Part shown: positions 13,635 through 25,527 of the stretch, piece after piece
Numbering within the stretch: position 1 is the stretch's first letter
Layout: every line of letters begins with the position of its first letter
From: Podarcis liolepis
Lineage: Eukaryota
NCBI GenBank assembly: GCA_965112155.1
Contig: OZ218115.1
Reading direction: 5' to 3' (one strand)
DNA length: 64,000 nucleotides
Program-made: the position numbers and the translations under genes
The notes under the pieces: generated by a model
Told to the model about the DNA's origin: nothing
Seen by the model: the letters and a program-made list of their open reading frames with translations, nothing else
Database searches by the model: none

Positions 13635-13853
13635 TGACTATTAATATTTACTATTAACGGGCACCTAATTTATCAGGGGAGGGATTAAATCCTAATACCA
13701 TTCATTGCGCTAGCTTCAGATGGTAAAACATTTGAGAAAACACTGGGTCTGAAAAACTCTTAGGTCAAACAAACTTTCATGGGGTCTGAGCCAGCAGTTA
13801 CTGGTAGTACCTTGGGTGTGCCATGAATTACTCACAGAAAAATGCTCAAGGCT

Positions 13854-13925
13854 GGTAGAATTGTAGTGTTGGAAGGGATGCAAAGATTCATCTAGTCCAA
13901 ACCCCTGTAATGCAGGAATCTTTTG
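13854..13925 (-). mobile_element. CR1 3'-terminal remnant
   Basis: tagaattgtagtgttggaaggg...atctagtccaaacccctgtaatgcaggaatc matches the 3' end of the CR1 at 34675. Confidence 0.6.
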
Positions 13926-14426
13926 CTCACAGTGCCACCAAGTGTATGGTAACAATGTGAAACACAAATCACACAATGGAGATTATTAGAAAATTGTTTT
14001 TAAAATGCCCAGAATTTAGAAAAAGTGCCTTTAATATGCTCTGAGTGACATGGGTTCCTTACTGAGAAAGCAGTAACCCAACTATTTTCTAAAACACCCA
14101 GGGCTATAAGAAATGGACCCATCATGTGAGAGGATATGAGCAGGATTTTAGAAATTATGTGACTTTCCTCCAAGCAAAGCATAAAGCTACAGAATACAAT
14201 GCAATGTTTTATTCAATTTTTCTAAAAATCTTCAGATAACCTTGCAAAATACAACTCTCCTCACCCTCCACAACAAATGACCACGATAGCAAGCTGATTA
14301 TCTCCCTTCCTTGAGATAGTCTTTATTTTTGTTATTTAAACAAGTAATATTTGGGAATAAGAGCACTTGAAGTTAGGAAGATGACTACAGTATTTTTGGC
14401 TGCTTGGGTTGGTGACTCAGAACAGG

Positions 14427-14470
14427 GTTGTTGTTTAGCCGTTTATTTCGTGTCTGACTCTTCGTGACTC
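14427..14470 (-). mobile_element. BovB 3'-tail stub
   Basis: gttgttgtttagccgtttatttcgtgtctgactcttcgtgac is the reverse complement of the BovB end at 16118-16163, with a few mismatches. Confidence 0.7.
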
Positions 14471-15640
14471 TAAAAGCTCAAATTGAGACAAGGCCTAATA
14501 TCAAGTTAAAATTAAAGCGGTGGTGGTGGGGTTCTCTGAAGAGCATGATTATTAAAGTTGCTTGTTTTGACTGCAGGCAGACCACAAATCTCTTCCATGC
14601 ACTTCTCAACAACTTACTCCCCAGCCCAGCCCCACCCTCATGCATGAATGAATGAAGGGAATATTTTAAAAACGAGATAACCTTGCCACAATCTGAAACA
14701 GAAAAGCTGTAGTTCACACCATGCGACTCTCTTCATTGTGAAGCTCACAACCAATAACAAAGCACATTGTCTTCTGAGCATCAGGAATCAAAACAGTCCC
14801 AATGACAACTGATTTTCTAGCAAATTGCTGGATCCAGATTAACAGGACCCAGGACACGGTTATTTAAATTAGAAATGATTATTCAGAAGCAGGAGCAATT
14901 CATGCAACTGCAGACCCATTTTTTAATGAAACAAAACAGAAAGGCAGGGTTCTCAAACATACATGAAAGGAATTGAAGAAGGGTGTTTTCCGTTATCAGC
15001 CCTGTTTGTTTGCTTTTTATGATGCCCCTACTCATCATTCCCCATTTTCTAACCCTGAGTAGAGGCGCACTTCAGCTGGACTTATGGATTTTATCCTGAA
15101 TTGAAAGGAAGGAGGACAACATGATTCCAGAATTTTAATTATTATGTCAAGGGCAACTTTTACCCTTCTATAAAGTCGAACAAATGTGGGTTGGTTTTCT
15201 TTCTTTTTTTCTGGTAGGTAATTTTTATTTATGCATTTATGGCATCCCCCCACCCCAAAAAAGGTTTTTTTTTGTTTTTTGTAAGTGAGCTTCGGTACAG
15301 TATATACATGGATTCATTATTTTAAAGTGAAGTCACATCGATCTGTCATTCTCTAATTATGAAACTGGGTAGCAATATATTTTGAAATGGATTTGAAGAC
15401 TGCTAAATACTGTTATGTGTTGGGGTGCCAGAGTTTTGTGGATGCAGGGCACCCATAATTCTTATAATTAGTAAAAGTTGGAATTAATCTTTTGGTTAAA
15501 CTGTGCCATCCACAAAAATTCATTGATTTAGTTTATGCTAACGGACCAGGCTAGCCTGTCAGGGCTAGCCAAGTGCAGGCCATTAGGCAGTGGTCAAAAT
15601 CTGACAGGCGCCAGGCACATTTTGCACCTAGCTATTGGCC

Positions 15641-16163
15641 TGCTTCTTGGAAGAAAAGCAATGACAAACCTAGACAGCATCTTAAAAAGCAGTTACATCA
15701 CCTTGCCAACAAAGGTCCGTATAGTTAAAGCTATGATTTTCCCAGTAGTGATGTATGGAAGTGAGAGCTGGACCATAAAGAAGGCTGATTGCCGAAGAAT
15801 TGATGCTTTTGAATTATGGTGCTGGAGGAGACATGGACTGCAAGAAGATCAAACCTACCCATTGTGAAGGAAATCAGCCCTGAGAGCTCACTGGAAGGAC
15901 AGATCCTGAAGCTGAGACTCCAATACTTTGGCCACCTCATGAGAAGAGAAGACTCCCTGGAAAAGACCCTGATGTTGGGAAAGATGGAGGGCACAAGAAG
16001 AAGGGGACGACAGAGGACGAGATGGTTGGACAGTGTTCTTGAAGCTACCAGCATGAGTTTGACCAAACTGCGGGAGGCAGTGGAAGACAGAAGTGCCTGG
16101 CGTGCTCTGGTCCATGGGGTCACGAAGAGTCAGACACGACTAAACGACTAAACAACAACAACA
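15641..16163 (+). mobile_element. BovB (RTE) LINE, 5'-truncated 3' fragment
   Basis: LLGRKAMTNLDSILKS...TKVRIVKAMIFPVVMYGSESWTIKKA...IDAFELWCWRR, then a frameshift into WTARRSN...; (CAA)n tail; TSD ATTGGCC at 15634-15640 and 16164-16170. Confidence 0.96.
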
Positions 16164-16308
16164 ATTGGCCACTTGTGACCAAGTGAAGATGCCTGGGTGC
16201 CAGAATGGCATCTCACATTGCCACCATCTGGAGGTGCAAGCCTGGGGATCCTTGGATCTTGACTGTTTTCACACACTAGCAACACCCTGTAGAGTTCTTT
16301 CCATTATA

Positions 16309-16550
16309 CAGTGGTACCTAGGTTTTTGAAGGTCTCCATTGATGAACATTTTGGTTTTTGAACACCGTAAACCCGGAAGTAAATGCTTCAGTTTTTGAAC
16401 ACGCCTTGGAAGTCGAGCATGCCATGCGGCTTCTGCTGAGTGCAAGATCCTGAGGCCTAGCTGTCGGCTGCTGAATTTTCAGTTTTCAAACCTTTCAGAA
16501 TTCAAATGGTCTTCCGGAACGGATTACATTCGAAAACTGAGATACCACGG
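16309..16550. mobile_element. Tigger-like MITE
   Basis: TIR cagtggtacctaggttttt / aaaactgagataccacgg, TA flanks. Confidence 0.85.
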
Positions 16551-16749
16551 TATTTTATCTGAAAAATCAGAATGAATTTCAGGAACCAAAAAGTCACAAT
16601 GAAAAAATATGACTTTCAAGCCATCTGGCCCCCAAATGGCAACTAGGCATTCCATTTTGGTGACTGTGACTGTGGCCCTGATTTAAGGAGCCATTTGGTT
16701 CCCAGAATATATACAAAAATTTCTAACACTGCAATTAAGGGACAAAGAC

Positions 16750-17310
16750 CTGTGATGGCCCATCATGAGAGAGTGAAGACTGCCAGACAAAGAGAGGAGG
16801 GCCCCCGTCTCCAGCTGTGTGTTGGTGGGCAGAGACCAAAAGGGTTAGGATTTCAGGGTGGATGATGTAAGCAAACTGGAAGAAAGTGTCAGTTCTGCAA
16901 GTGGTTTGGCAAGCAGAGAAAGGCCAGAACAACAAGTGGGCTGGCTGGGACAAGCTGTAATAAACAGGCCAGACGCTCCTGGAATGTGTATGCTCAGAAC
17001 TCTCTCCATCTAGGTTCAGGTGAATATATGTGCAAATAAAACCATATATCATAAAGACACCACAGTTTCCACTGTACCTTATTCCCAAAAGAAAACACAA
17101 CCCTGGGTAAGCATTATGCAACCCTGGAGATTCGCAGTGCTGTGGAGATTGGGCTGGCATTTAACCAGGGCTTTTTATCAGCCGGAACTCGTCGGAACTC
17201 AGTTCCAGCACCTCTCAAGTGGGCGCCACTGCCATTATAAGAGAGGGAGGGAGGCATTGATGGTGAGTTCTGACACCTCTTTTTCTAGAAAAATAGCACT
17301 GCATGTAACA
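16750..17310 (+). mobile_element. Probable degraded solo LTR, interrupted by a hAT MITE
   Basis: TG start, AATAAA at 17035-17040 followed by a U5-like tract, ends ...gtaaca after the MITE; no clear TSD. Confidence 0.4.
17166..17301. mobile_element. hAT-type MITE
   Basis: TIR cagggcttttt / aaatagcactg; 8-bp TSD CATTTAAC/CATGTAAC. Confidence 0.8.
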
Positions 17311-18279
17311 ATGTGTTTTCTGCTGAATCTCTATGCAGGTATTCAATGTAGTAGCACTTGTGATGCTCTTCATCCATATAAAGCAAGTTGTATTGCTTAG
17401 TCTTTATTTAAATCAATGCCAATTTGCACTGCACCGGCATTATAAATATACATTGCATTGGTTATGAAGCCCCCTTTATGCTTCCAGGGCTCTGTGAAAG
17501 AGTGTTAATGCATGAGAGGATTAGGTCTTAATTATTTATGAGATGTTGATTTTCCTGAAATGTTAAATCATGCCTCATGACAATAGTAATGATCTGGCCA
17601 GACCCAGAGAGAAAACACTAATAATGTTCATGCAGATATTATTATAAGGCAAAATCAGTGTATGCAGTAAAGATATTAGCTTTTTCTTTCAGGAAAGCAT
17701 TACGGTCAGCTGCACAATTTTATTTTATTTTATTTTTTTGCTGGCAATAGCAAAGTATTATATATAGGTGTTCGTTTCATTAGCCACTTTGCGCTTCAGT
17801 AAGTGGAGCCAGTACCGTAGACTTTTATTCTAAATAACAACAGAGAATGTTATTTATGTTGCCAATACTCTCTAGGATAGGAAGTTTGATGGTCATCAAA
17901 TCCTGTACCAACATATCGGATGCAATATATCCTTTAGAATACTAAGCAATCAGAGAGAGCCTGAAATTCAGGAGCACGGAACTCAAAATTATTCAACTCT
18001 TTTGGTCTGCCCATTCAAAACACTTTATAAATAAAAATAGTTTACAATGGCCTGGATCCTAAGGTAAGCAACTGAGATCAAACTGCCTCTCTCCCCTGCA
18101 GCTCCCTGGCTACCCCCTGCCCCAGATGGCTGAGTAAGGGTCTCCTGGACAATATGGGATGAGGTACAGGAAGGACATTCCAATGTGTGATACCCCACCT
18201 GCATTTGAAGTAGGTCAAAAATAGGTATTGATCAAAATCAGGTGGCCATTTCTGCACCCCATTCCACATTGTTCAGGAG

Positions 18280-19385
18280 AACCCATAGTTGGCATCTGTC
18301 TGTCTCAAGAGACCACGGAGTGCACCTCTGGGAGTGAAGTCAAACTGTTGCATTAGCAGCACCGAAGTGACTTCCCCTGGACATAAGCCTGGGCAGTGTA
18401 TATGGAGGTCCTGGGCTGCTCAGTCCGAAAGAAAGCAGAATAATACATTTAGCACCAGCATGGCTGCATGAGTTGCCAGACTCTTTGTCAGATTTGTGTA
18501 GGGTTTACTCCTTAGCCTTTCCTGTTCCTTAAGAACTTCTTCTTCTTCTTCATAGCCGAGTAAGATTGTCTTCCATAAACATGGTTTTAAGTTCGTAAGT
18601 GAGTCCGTAAGTGACTATGGAGGCCAATTCTGGATCCACACATCCTTCCACAGTGGGGACATAGGTTTTTGGGTGGGAGTTGATCAAGGTGATGATTTGC
18701 CTAACATGCCTTCCTCTTAAGCATGTTTCTCCCTTTCGTCCTGAGTTCAAGTGTCTTCAAAGCCCATGACACATTTGGTAAAGGCTGTTCTCCAATTGGA
18801 ACGCTTGCAGGCCAGTGTTTCCCAGTTGTTGGTGTTTATACTACATTTTTTTAGATCTGCCTTGAGAGAGCCTTTATACCTCTTTTGTTGACCACCAGCA
18901 TTACACTTTCCATTTTTAAGTTCAGAATAGAGTGGTTGTTTTGGAAGACGATAATCAGGCATCTGCACAACATGACCAGTTCAACGAAGCTGATGTTGAA
19001 GAATCAAAAGTCGAAGTTCCTTAACATATCCCACAAGGCACCCGGCACCTTTCTTCCAAAGATATCACCTTCCCTGGCACCTTCTCCTAGATGGGCTACT
19101 TTCCTCTACAGCTTGTGCATTAACAATCTTCTTGACTGTTGGACCCATTATTGGTCTTATCTGCTTAGTCCTCTAGAGCCTGTCTTTCTGGTAGTTTAAG
19201 ACTCATCGGCTACCTTCACCCGGTTTAGCTGGCCAGTTGAAGCCATTTCCAGGGTGTAACCACTGGCACATGCTGACAGCTTCTAGGAACCACAGGTGAG
19301 AGCTGAGTGCGGGGTGCGAACCAAAGGTGGACAAACTAACCCAGAAGGAGCATGACGTGTCCCCCACCAGGGGTACTGCTCCTTC
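18280..19385 (-). mobile_element. Bipartite non-autonomous RTE-derived element, interrupted by an RTE LINE
   Basis: Same family as 2010-2331; contains ccttctcctagatgggctac, an RTE 5'-UTR-type motif on the minus strand; no ORF. Confidence 0.5.
18533..19015 (-). mobile_element. RTE-clade LINE (non-BovB) 3' fragment
   Basis: ORF MPDYRLPKQPLYSELKNGK..AGGQQKRYKGSLK..LKKCSI...WETLACKRSNWR, a typical RTE C-terminus; (GAA)n tail; TSD GTTCCTTAA at 18524-18532 and 19016-19024. Confidence 0.88.
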
Positions 19386-20979
19386 TCTAATACACAGGAC
19401 AACCCCTAAACCCTCTAAGAAAGGGTGGGGGACATAGATAACTGATGGGGAGAGGAAGCGTTGGGTAACTTGGCTTCCATCAAATTATATTCAGGATGAA
19501 AGTCAAGTGTCTAAACTTGGCTATTTTTATTATGGAAGTAAGAGTGTTTCAGAGAAAAGAGGCCTGTATTGTAGAAAGCAAGGTTATCAGCCTTGCCATG
19601 GATATCTGAGAGTGGTGAGGAAAACAAACATACAAATCCTCCAGAAATGCAGTGATGGGTTTTTCACATTCCTAATTATATCCATTCCACATCACAAAAT
19701 TCTATTTTTTCTTCTTTTCTTGAGAGTCACTGGTACATGTAATCCTCCTACTTCAGTTGCATTAGATTTAGAAGTGAAGTACTTATCTTCCACACAATAT
19801 TAATTTATAATCCTAGCAAATGTATTCTAATTTTCAAATCTCATTAGCCTTATCACTTTCTAGATTTAGATAATATGTTCACATAACGTCTGATAATATA
19901 TGTAATTGTATTAACTTCTGTATGTATTCAGTAATTATACCGCACAGTAAACAGCAAATAGCAACTAACAAATAGCAGCAGAGTGTGGGCCGTGTTTGCC
20001 ACTGACTGAACACTTGACTAGGAATCCTCCAGCCACAGGAGGTGAGTATAACACAGCCTAGGATGTCCAAGGCTGTTCTGTTTCTACCTCAAATGTATTT
20101 CCAGAAATGGCCTGGAATCTGACACAAACCAGCGGGTCTTGAGCCTTCTCCAGATATGCTTCCACTCCACAGAAACCATGCTTCTCACCCAGATTCTGAT
20201 TCAGACAGAACTCATCCCTAGAGTAAGATTATAATGGCCCAGAAATAACACTTAAAGGCTTTTTCACACAGGTCCACACTAGATGAACTGCAGGGGATCT
20301 GTGATTATGAATGCCCATGTTTGTTATTCTTTCCTTTTACTTCTAGGAGCCATCGGAGGCTCTCAGCTTGAGAAACAAAGCAGTACTGTGGGAGGCATTT
20401 AACCGTTACATCCTGCTCTGTTTGTCCAGTCTCCACTGCGTTCCTGAAGTGGTATTAGTCCCAGGGGAACGGGGGAACAGGGATAGAATGCTTAACACAA
20501 TTTGGAGAGGATATTAAGGTGGTGAACAATCCCATATGGCAGAGAGGGAAAAGAAGATCACTGACACCATGGATCACCGACATAACTAATTGACCCTTCA
20601 GGTATACCTGGAAATTGAGTTTAATGTTGTTACCCCTGGGAAGAAATTTCTCTAGAACATCTCTAGAACATCAACTGCAGATAGATCCACATGAACTGCT
20701 AATTTCACCACTTGCAGCAGCTAACCAAGCATGTCCTAACTTGGCTGAAACATAAGCCAGCTATAGCATATATCAACATCAGTCCAGAAAGAAAATTGCA
20801 GGGGTAGCCATATTGTGAGATGGTTGAACCTGCTGCTATGGCCAAGTGAGGAGCTCATCTTTTTCTGGGATCTTGTGGGGCTTCTTCTTCTTCTCATGTG
20901 GCCCTGCAAGATCTCAGGGAGGATGAGCCAGTAGGCCCTTTGAAATGGCTGTTTGGCCCAAATTTGGCCTCTCCTCATG

Positions 20980-21440
20980 GCCAGATTCCCTCCCCCCCCC
21001 AGCCCACAGTTTTAGACTCTATCACTGAGGCTTTGAGTAGTCACTGTTTACAGGGTTAACCTGTAACCACAACTGGCCTTCAGTTGAGAGGCTTTTGCCT
21101 TTCCCTTAGTGGACAGCAAATGATTGTTAGGTGTCTTCAACACAGGTCTGTCATCTTCAACTTAGGCAGAAATAACATTGGGTAGGATTTAATCCTAAAG
21201 GGGACCCTTCTAAGAGTGCTGAGGAGATGCATCGGCTCAATCTCTGATGGGCTGGTCCTGGCGCCACTAGAGAGATTCCAGATACTTGTATGCTGCCAGG
21301 TCCCAGGGCAACCCCACCAGGCATGCTGGAAAGATCTATTGGGTTTCAGAGCAGAGGTCTTAGGAATAACAGCTGCTGACTCAATGTTGTGCCTACCACA
21401 GTGTAATCAATAAAATCTGTGGCCTGCTTTCACATTCTGG
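20980..21440 (+). mobile_element. Highly diverged copy E of the LTR-like/Ngaro-like repeat
   Basis: ggcttttgcctttcc, taggca..aacattg / caatgtt..tgccta pairing and gtaatcaataaaatctgtggcc occur in the same order as in the other copies. Confidence 0.45.
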
Positions 21441-21487
21441 CAGCCTCTCTGCCACCCCAAGTGAAAAGCAGGACCCGAAGTATTTTA

Positions 21488-21730
21488 TGGTGTAGTGGTT
21501 AAGAGCGGTGGACTCGTAATCTGGGGAACCGGGTTCGCATCTCCGCTCCTCCACATGCAGCTGCTGGGTGACCTTGGGCCAGTCACACTTCTTTGAAGTC
21601 TCTCAGCCTCACTCACCTCACAGAGTGTTTGTTGTGGGGGAGGAAGGGAAAGGAGAATGTTAGCCGCTTTGAGACTCCTGAAGGGGAGTGAAAGGCGGGA
21701 TATCAAATCCAAACTCTTCTTCTTCTTCTT
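21488..21730 (+). mobile_element. Squam3-type (Ther1/MIR-derived) tRNA SINE, young copy
   Basis: A box tggtgtagtggtt, B box ggttcgcatctcc, CORE gctgggtgaccttgggccagtcac, (CTT)n tail. Confidence 0.85.
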
Positions 21731-22529
21731 TTAACAGTCTGCTTATTCCACTCGTCTAACAGGTTAGTATTTGCAAAGCAGCAATGCATAATTACTAACT
21801 TCAACACTTAATTGATTGTAACTGTTGACTGTCTCATTTAATAGGATTATTGTTTCAAGAAATAATAGGACATTTGGTAGACAAGTACTTCATTTGTAAT
21901 TAGACAAGAGTCCGTTTTATAATGGTGCTGTAATTTTTTTTAGATAAATGAACGAAGCTCTCAACAATACAACCCATAAATGTTGCACAAAAATTCTGAA
22001 TGCTTAGATTGGGTATTCTATTCTATAAGAAACCATCGTTTATATAAAAAAGACTGGAGTTCATAAATGCTGTATAGGATCTCCAGGGACTTCATCTTAA
22101 AGAAGTCCACTAAGACCTGTCACACATGGAGATAATTATTTGTATGATTTATGTTTCTACACAAGACTTTGTTCACACTGAACTTCTCTAATCACTTTTG
22201 CTATGTAACTCATACATTTCTTCAAAGGTTTTGATCCTGTCCCTTATTAGTAACAACTGCAAATCACTTAATTAACAATTAATTTGCAATAGGCTGTTTA
22301 GCCTCTTCCTCTTCTATCTTTCTATATATATATTGGAGCTTCCTATTGTGTGCAGAAGTTGTTTTATTTTACTGGAATCTTATTTGAGCCCATTTGTAAT
22401 TATATATTAAGTAAAATTTGCAGAGTGGATTTTCTGGGGGGAAGGTCCTGAATTTTTACATTTTGCCTTAAAAGGGCAGGTTACAAGAGAGGTGAACATA
22501 GATATAATGTTGTTTATAACAATATTTGT

Positions 22530-23340
22530 AAACCACCAGCACATTAAAATAAAAAAAAATCAGAGTGGTGTACAATAAAATGATTAGAACATCATAAATG
22601 TGTAAAATAACAAACGACAGAACAAATGACCAGCACTGAATCAACAAACACTTGACAAGACAAACAAGTTTTAAGCAGATGACAAATATAAGCATTGTAG
22701 ATGCATGCCTAATTTCCATAGGAAGAATGTTGTAAATTACTAGTACCACTGCATTGAAATCCTCAGCAAGAAATTAACTGAATATGAGATAACCCTGGGA
22801 TAGTCAGGGTGACTCCTCCAATCTATCAATGTGCAAGGTAACCTTAGGGTTGCAATATGTCCGGAATTTCCTGGACATATGGCATGCAATTGCAAGCAGT
22901 GGAAATCGCAAAAAAAAGGCCAGGAAAATGCGGACGTATGGCAACCGATGTCGAAAGTCTAGATTTTGGCAAGTCAAGATTTGCCAAAGCTCAACAACTT
23001 TTGTGTCCAGATCTTCATTTTTTTGAAACATGGCAACCTAAGGTAACCTGGTCCCAAGTTGTTCAGGGCATTGTACAATAACAGTAACACCTTGACCCTA
23101 GCTCGGTAATATGTTAGCAATCAGTGCATGCCTTTCAGTACAGGTGTAAAATACTGAGATGGAGCTTTTCCAGCCAAAAACCCTTGTGCACCAGCTGCAG
23201 TTTCTGTACCAACCTCAAGGGTAGTCCTACGCAGGGCACATTTGTGATAGTTCAATGTAGAGGTCACCAAGACCTTCATTACTTTGGCCAAACTTTCCCA
23301 GTCTAGGAACAACTGTACCTGGCATACCAGGCGAAGCTAG
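22530..23340 (-). mobile_element. Old L2 fragment hosting the hAT MITE
   Basis: ORF 23121-23312 SLAKVMKVLVTSTLNYH resembles the L2 ORF2 motif L.T.IHALVTSRLDYCN; boundaries approximate. Confidence 0.5.
22845..23041. mobile_element. hAT-type MITE
   Basis: TIR tagggttgc / gcaacctaa; perfect 8-bp TSD GGTAACCT at 22837-22844 and 23042-23049. Confidence 0.85.
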
Positions 23341-23825
23341 AAGAAAACAACTCGTAGCCATTAGGGCCCTTGTGCCTTCAGTGAGAGTGATGGGCCTAAA
23401 GGTACTCCCCAGCTACGCACCTGCTTCTTCAATTTTTACTGTGAGTTCGTTCCCCTTCTTTCAACTATTTTCTGACTTTGTGTTCCCTCCAACATCATAT
23501 GCACCTAAGCCCATGTGCAGAAGAATACAAGGCCCCACAAAACAAGCCATGCAAATTTGAGCTGCTTTAATATGAAAGATAACCAAGACTCTAATTTTGA
23601 TTTAGGATTATACATGTACACCATTGATAGCCTAACGTTCAATGTCTTGCAACTGAATGTGTGAATGGTTTCTGTTGAAAAGTCATGTGTTCAAGGTGAT
23701 ATGAGGTGGAATGAAGGCTTTTCTTGTGGTCTCGCATCTGTGATTTCACACTTGCAGATTTATCAAAATGGGCCTTTAAACTTATTTGACACATCCGAAT
23801 TATTTGCCACCTATAAACATTTTTT

Positions 23826-23828
<3 letters not shown>

Positions 23829-23874
<46 letters not shown>
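23829..23874. repeat. (AC)n microsatellite
   Basis: Directly visible. Confidence 0.97.
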
Positions 23875-23877
<3 letters not shown>

Positions 23878-25140
23878 TTATGGAAAGGTTTGTGGAAGAA
23901 CCACCTTAAATTGAGATTTCAAACAATGTGGTAGGTTGTCTTCTTGAAAGCAATAATCTGTGTACTTGTAAGACTATTTTCCAAGAAATAAAGGAAAATG
24001 GTTCTTACAAATACCACTGGCAACAAATTTCATTTCAGCAAATAGTTAGAACAATAACAAGCAGTTTGCAGTTTAGTTTATAGGCAATGTTGACAGATTT
24101 TGCAGCTAGCAACAAAACAGGCATTGTAAAGGACTATTAAAAATAACATACTCTTTATGCTTTACATTATCATACTAGAAATGTTTTCTGTCTTTTTTAT
24201 TTGTTCATCCATTTTACTTCTGCTTCTGAATGAAGTTGTTTAGAGTGGATCATTGAAATTGTGGCTGTCTGTAGCTGTCTTTCATCTTACCTTCCCTATG
24301 CCTAACAAGTGCTGATGCAGAATCCTTCCATTTAAAAATATTCCTTCCATTTAAAAAAAATAATCCAGCAAAAAAAGATGACAAACTCAAATTATATGCC
24401 AACAGAAGACTTGGAGAACCAGGTGGAGAACCTTTTTGGCTCGGTGGCCCAGTTCCTTATGGGATCTTTGCCTCAAGGGCCAACCACCTGAAGTATCATT
24501 GGCAACATTCTCAGGAACTTCAAACATCACGCAGGGCTGTAGCCAACTTTCCTGTGCCAATGCACAACTGAGATCACACTTTATGATGGGGGGCCACTGG
24601 GGTGCATTGGAAGATGGCCAACAATACCATCTCTCCGGACCACACGGGGTAATTAAGAGGCCGTTATGGGAGTAGGCAGCCTTCCTTGTTGCCCCAAGGG
24701 AATGGGGAACACTGCTCTTGCCTGCTGTGCCCATAAATCACCCCCGAATTCGAAAGAAGGGGGTTAAGGCACTAGGTAGAAACAGTTTTCTTTTTAATAT
24801 ACCAAGAGTAACATTTTAATAATGGCATTATGGTATTAAGGTGTCGAGAGATACTAAGGGGGCTTCCAGATCATTGCTGTTTTCCGGATTCAATTACATA
24901 CCAGAAAATTCAGCTTGTACAATCAGAGTTGATTTATAGCTCTCGGAGAACAAACCTGCTTCCCATCAAAAATCGGACTTTTTGCAATAAGCAAAGTGAT
25001 GAGAAAATCCACTGGGCAGTGCAGGATAACACTTGTATGATGAATCATCTAACCCCTCTGCAAACAAATCAGGATGAATGTCCAATAAACAGGTGGGCTA
25101 GAAATGGAAACAGATATATAAGAGGTGTGTATTAATCTGC

Positions 25141-25527
25141 ACGCGAGTGGCACTGTGGCCTAAACCACTGAACCGCTTGGACTTGCTGATCAGAAGGTTG
25201 GCAGTTCGAATCCCCACAATGGAATGACAGCCCTTTGTTCTGTCCCAGCTCCTGCCAACCTAGCAGTTCAAAAGCACACCAGTGCAAGTAGATAAATAGG
25301 TACCACTGTGACAGGAAGGTAAACGGCGTTTCCGTGCGCTCTGGCTTCTGTCACGGTGTTCCGTTGCACCAGAAGTGGTTTAGTCATGCTGGCCACATGA
25401 CCCGGAAAGCTGTCTGTGGATAAATGCTGGCTCCCTTGGCCTGAAAACAAGATGAGCGCCACAACCCCATAGTCGCCTTTGACTGGACTTAAGTGTCCAG
25501 GGGTCCTATACCTTTACCTTTTACCTA
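25141..25527 (+). mobile_element. Sauria SINE, subfamily 3 (longer central region)
   Basis: Sauria body gtgcaagtagataaataggtacc; tail gactggacttaagtgtccaggggtcc(tttacc)n. Confidence 0.9.

Noticed and set aside
21488-21560. tRNA gene
   Set aside because: A and B boxes belong to a SINE head followed by CORE and a (CTT)n tail; the same applies to the Sauria SINE heads
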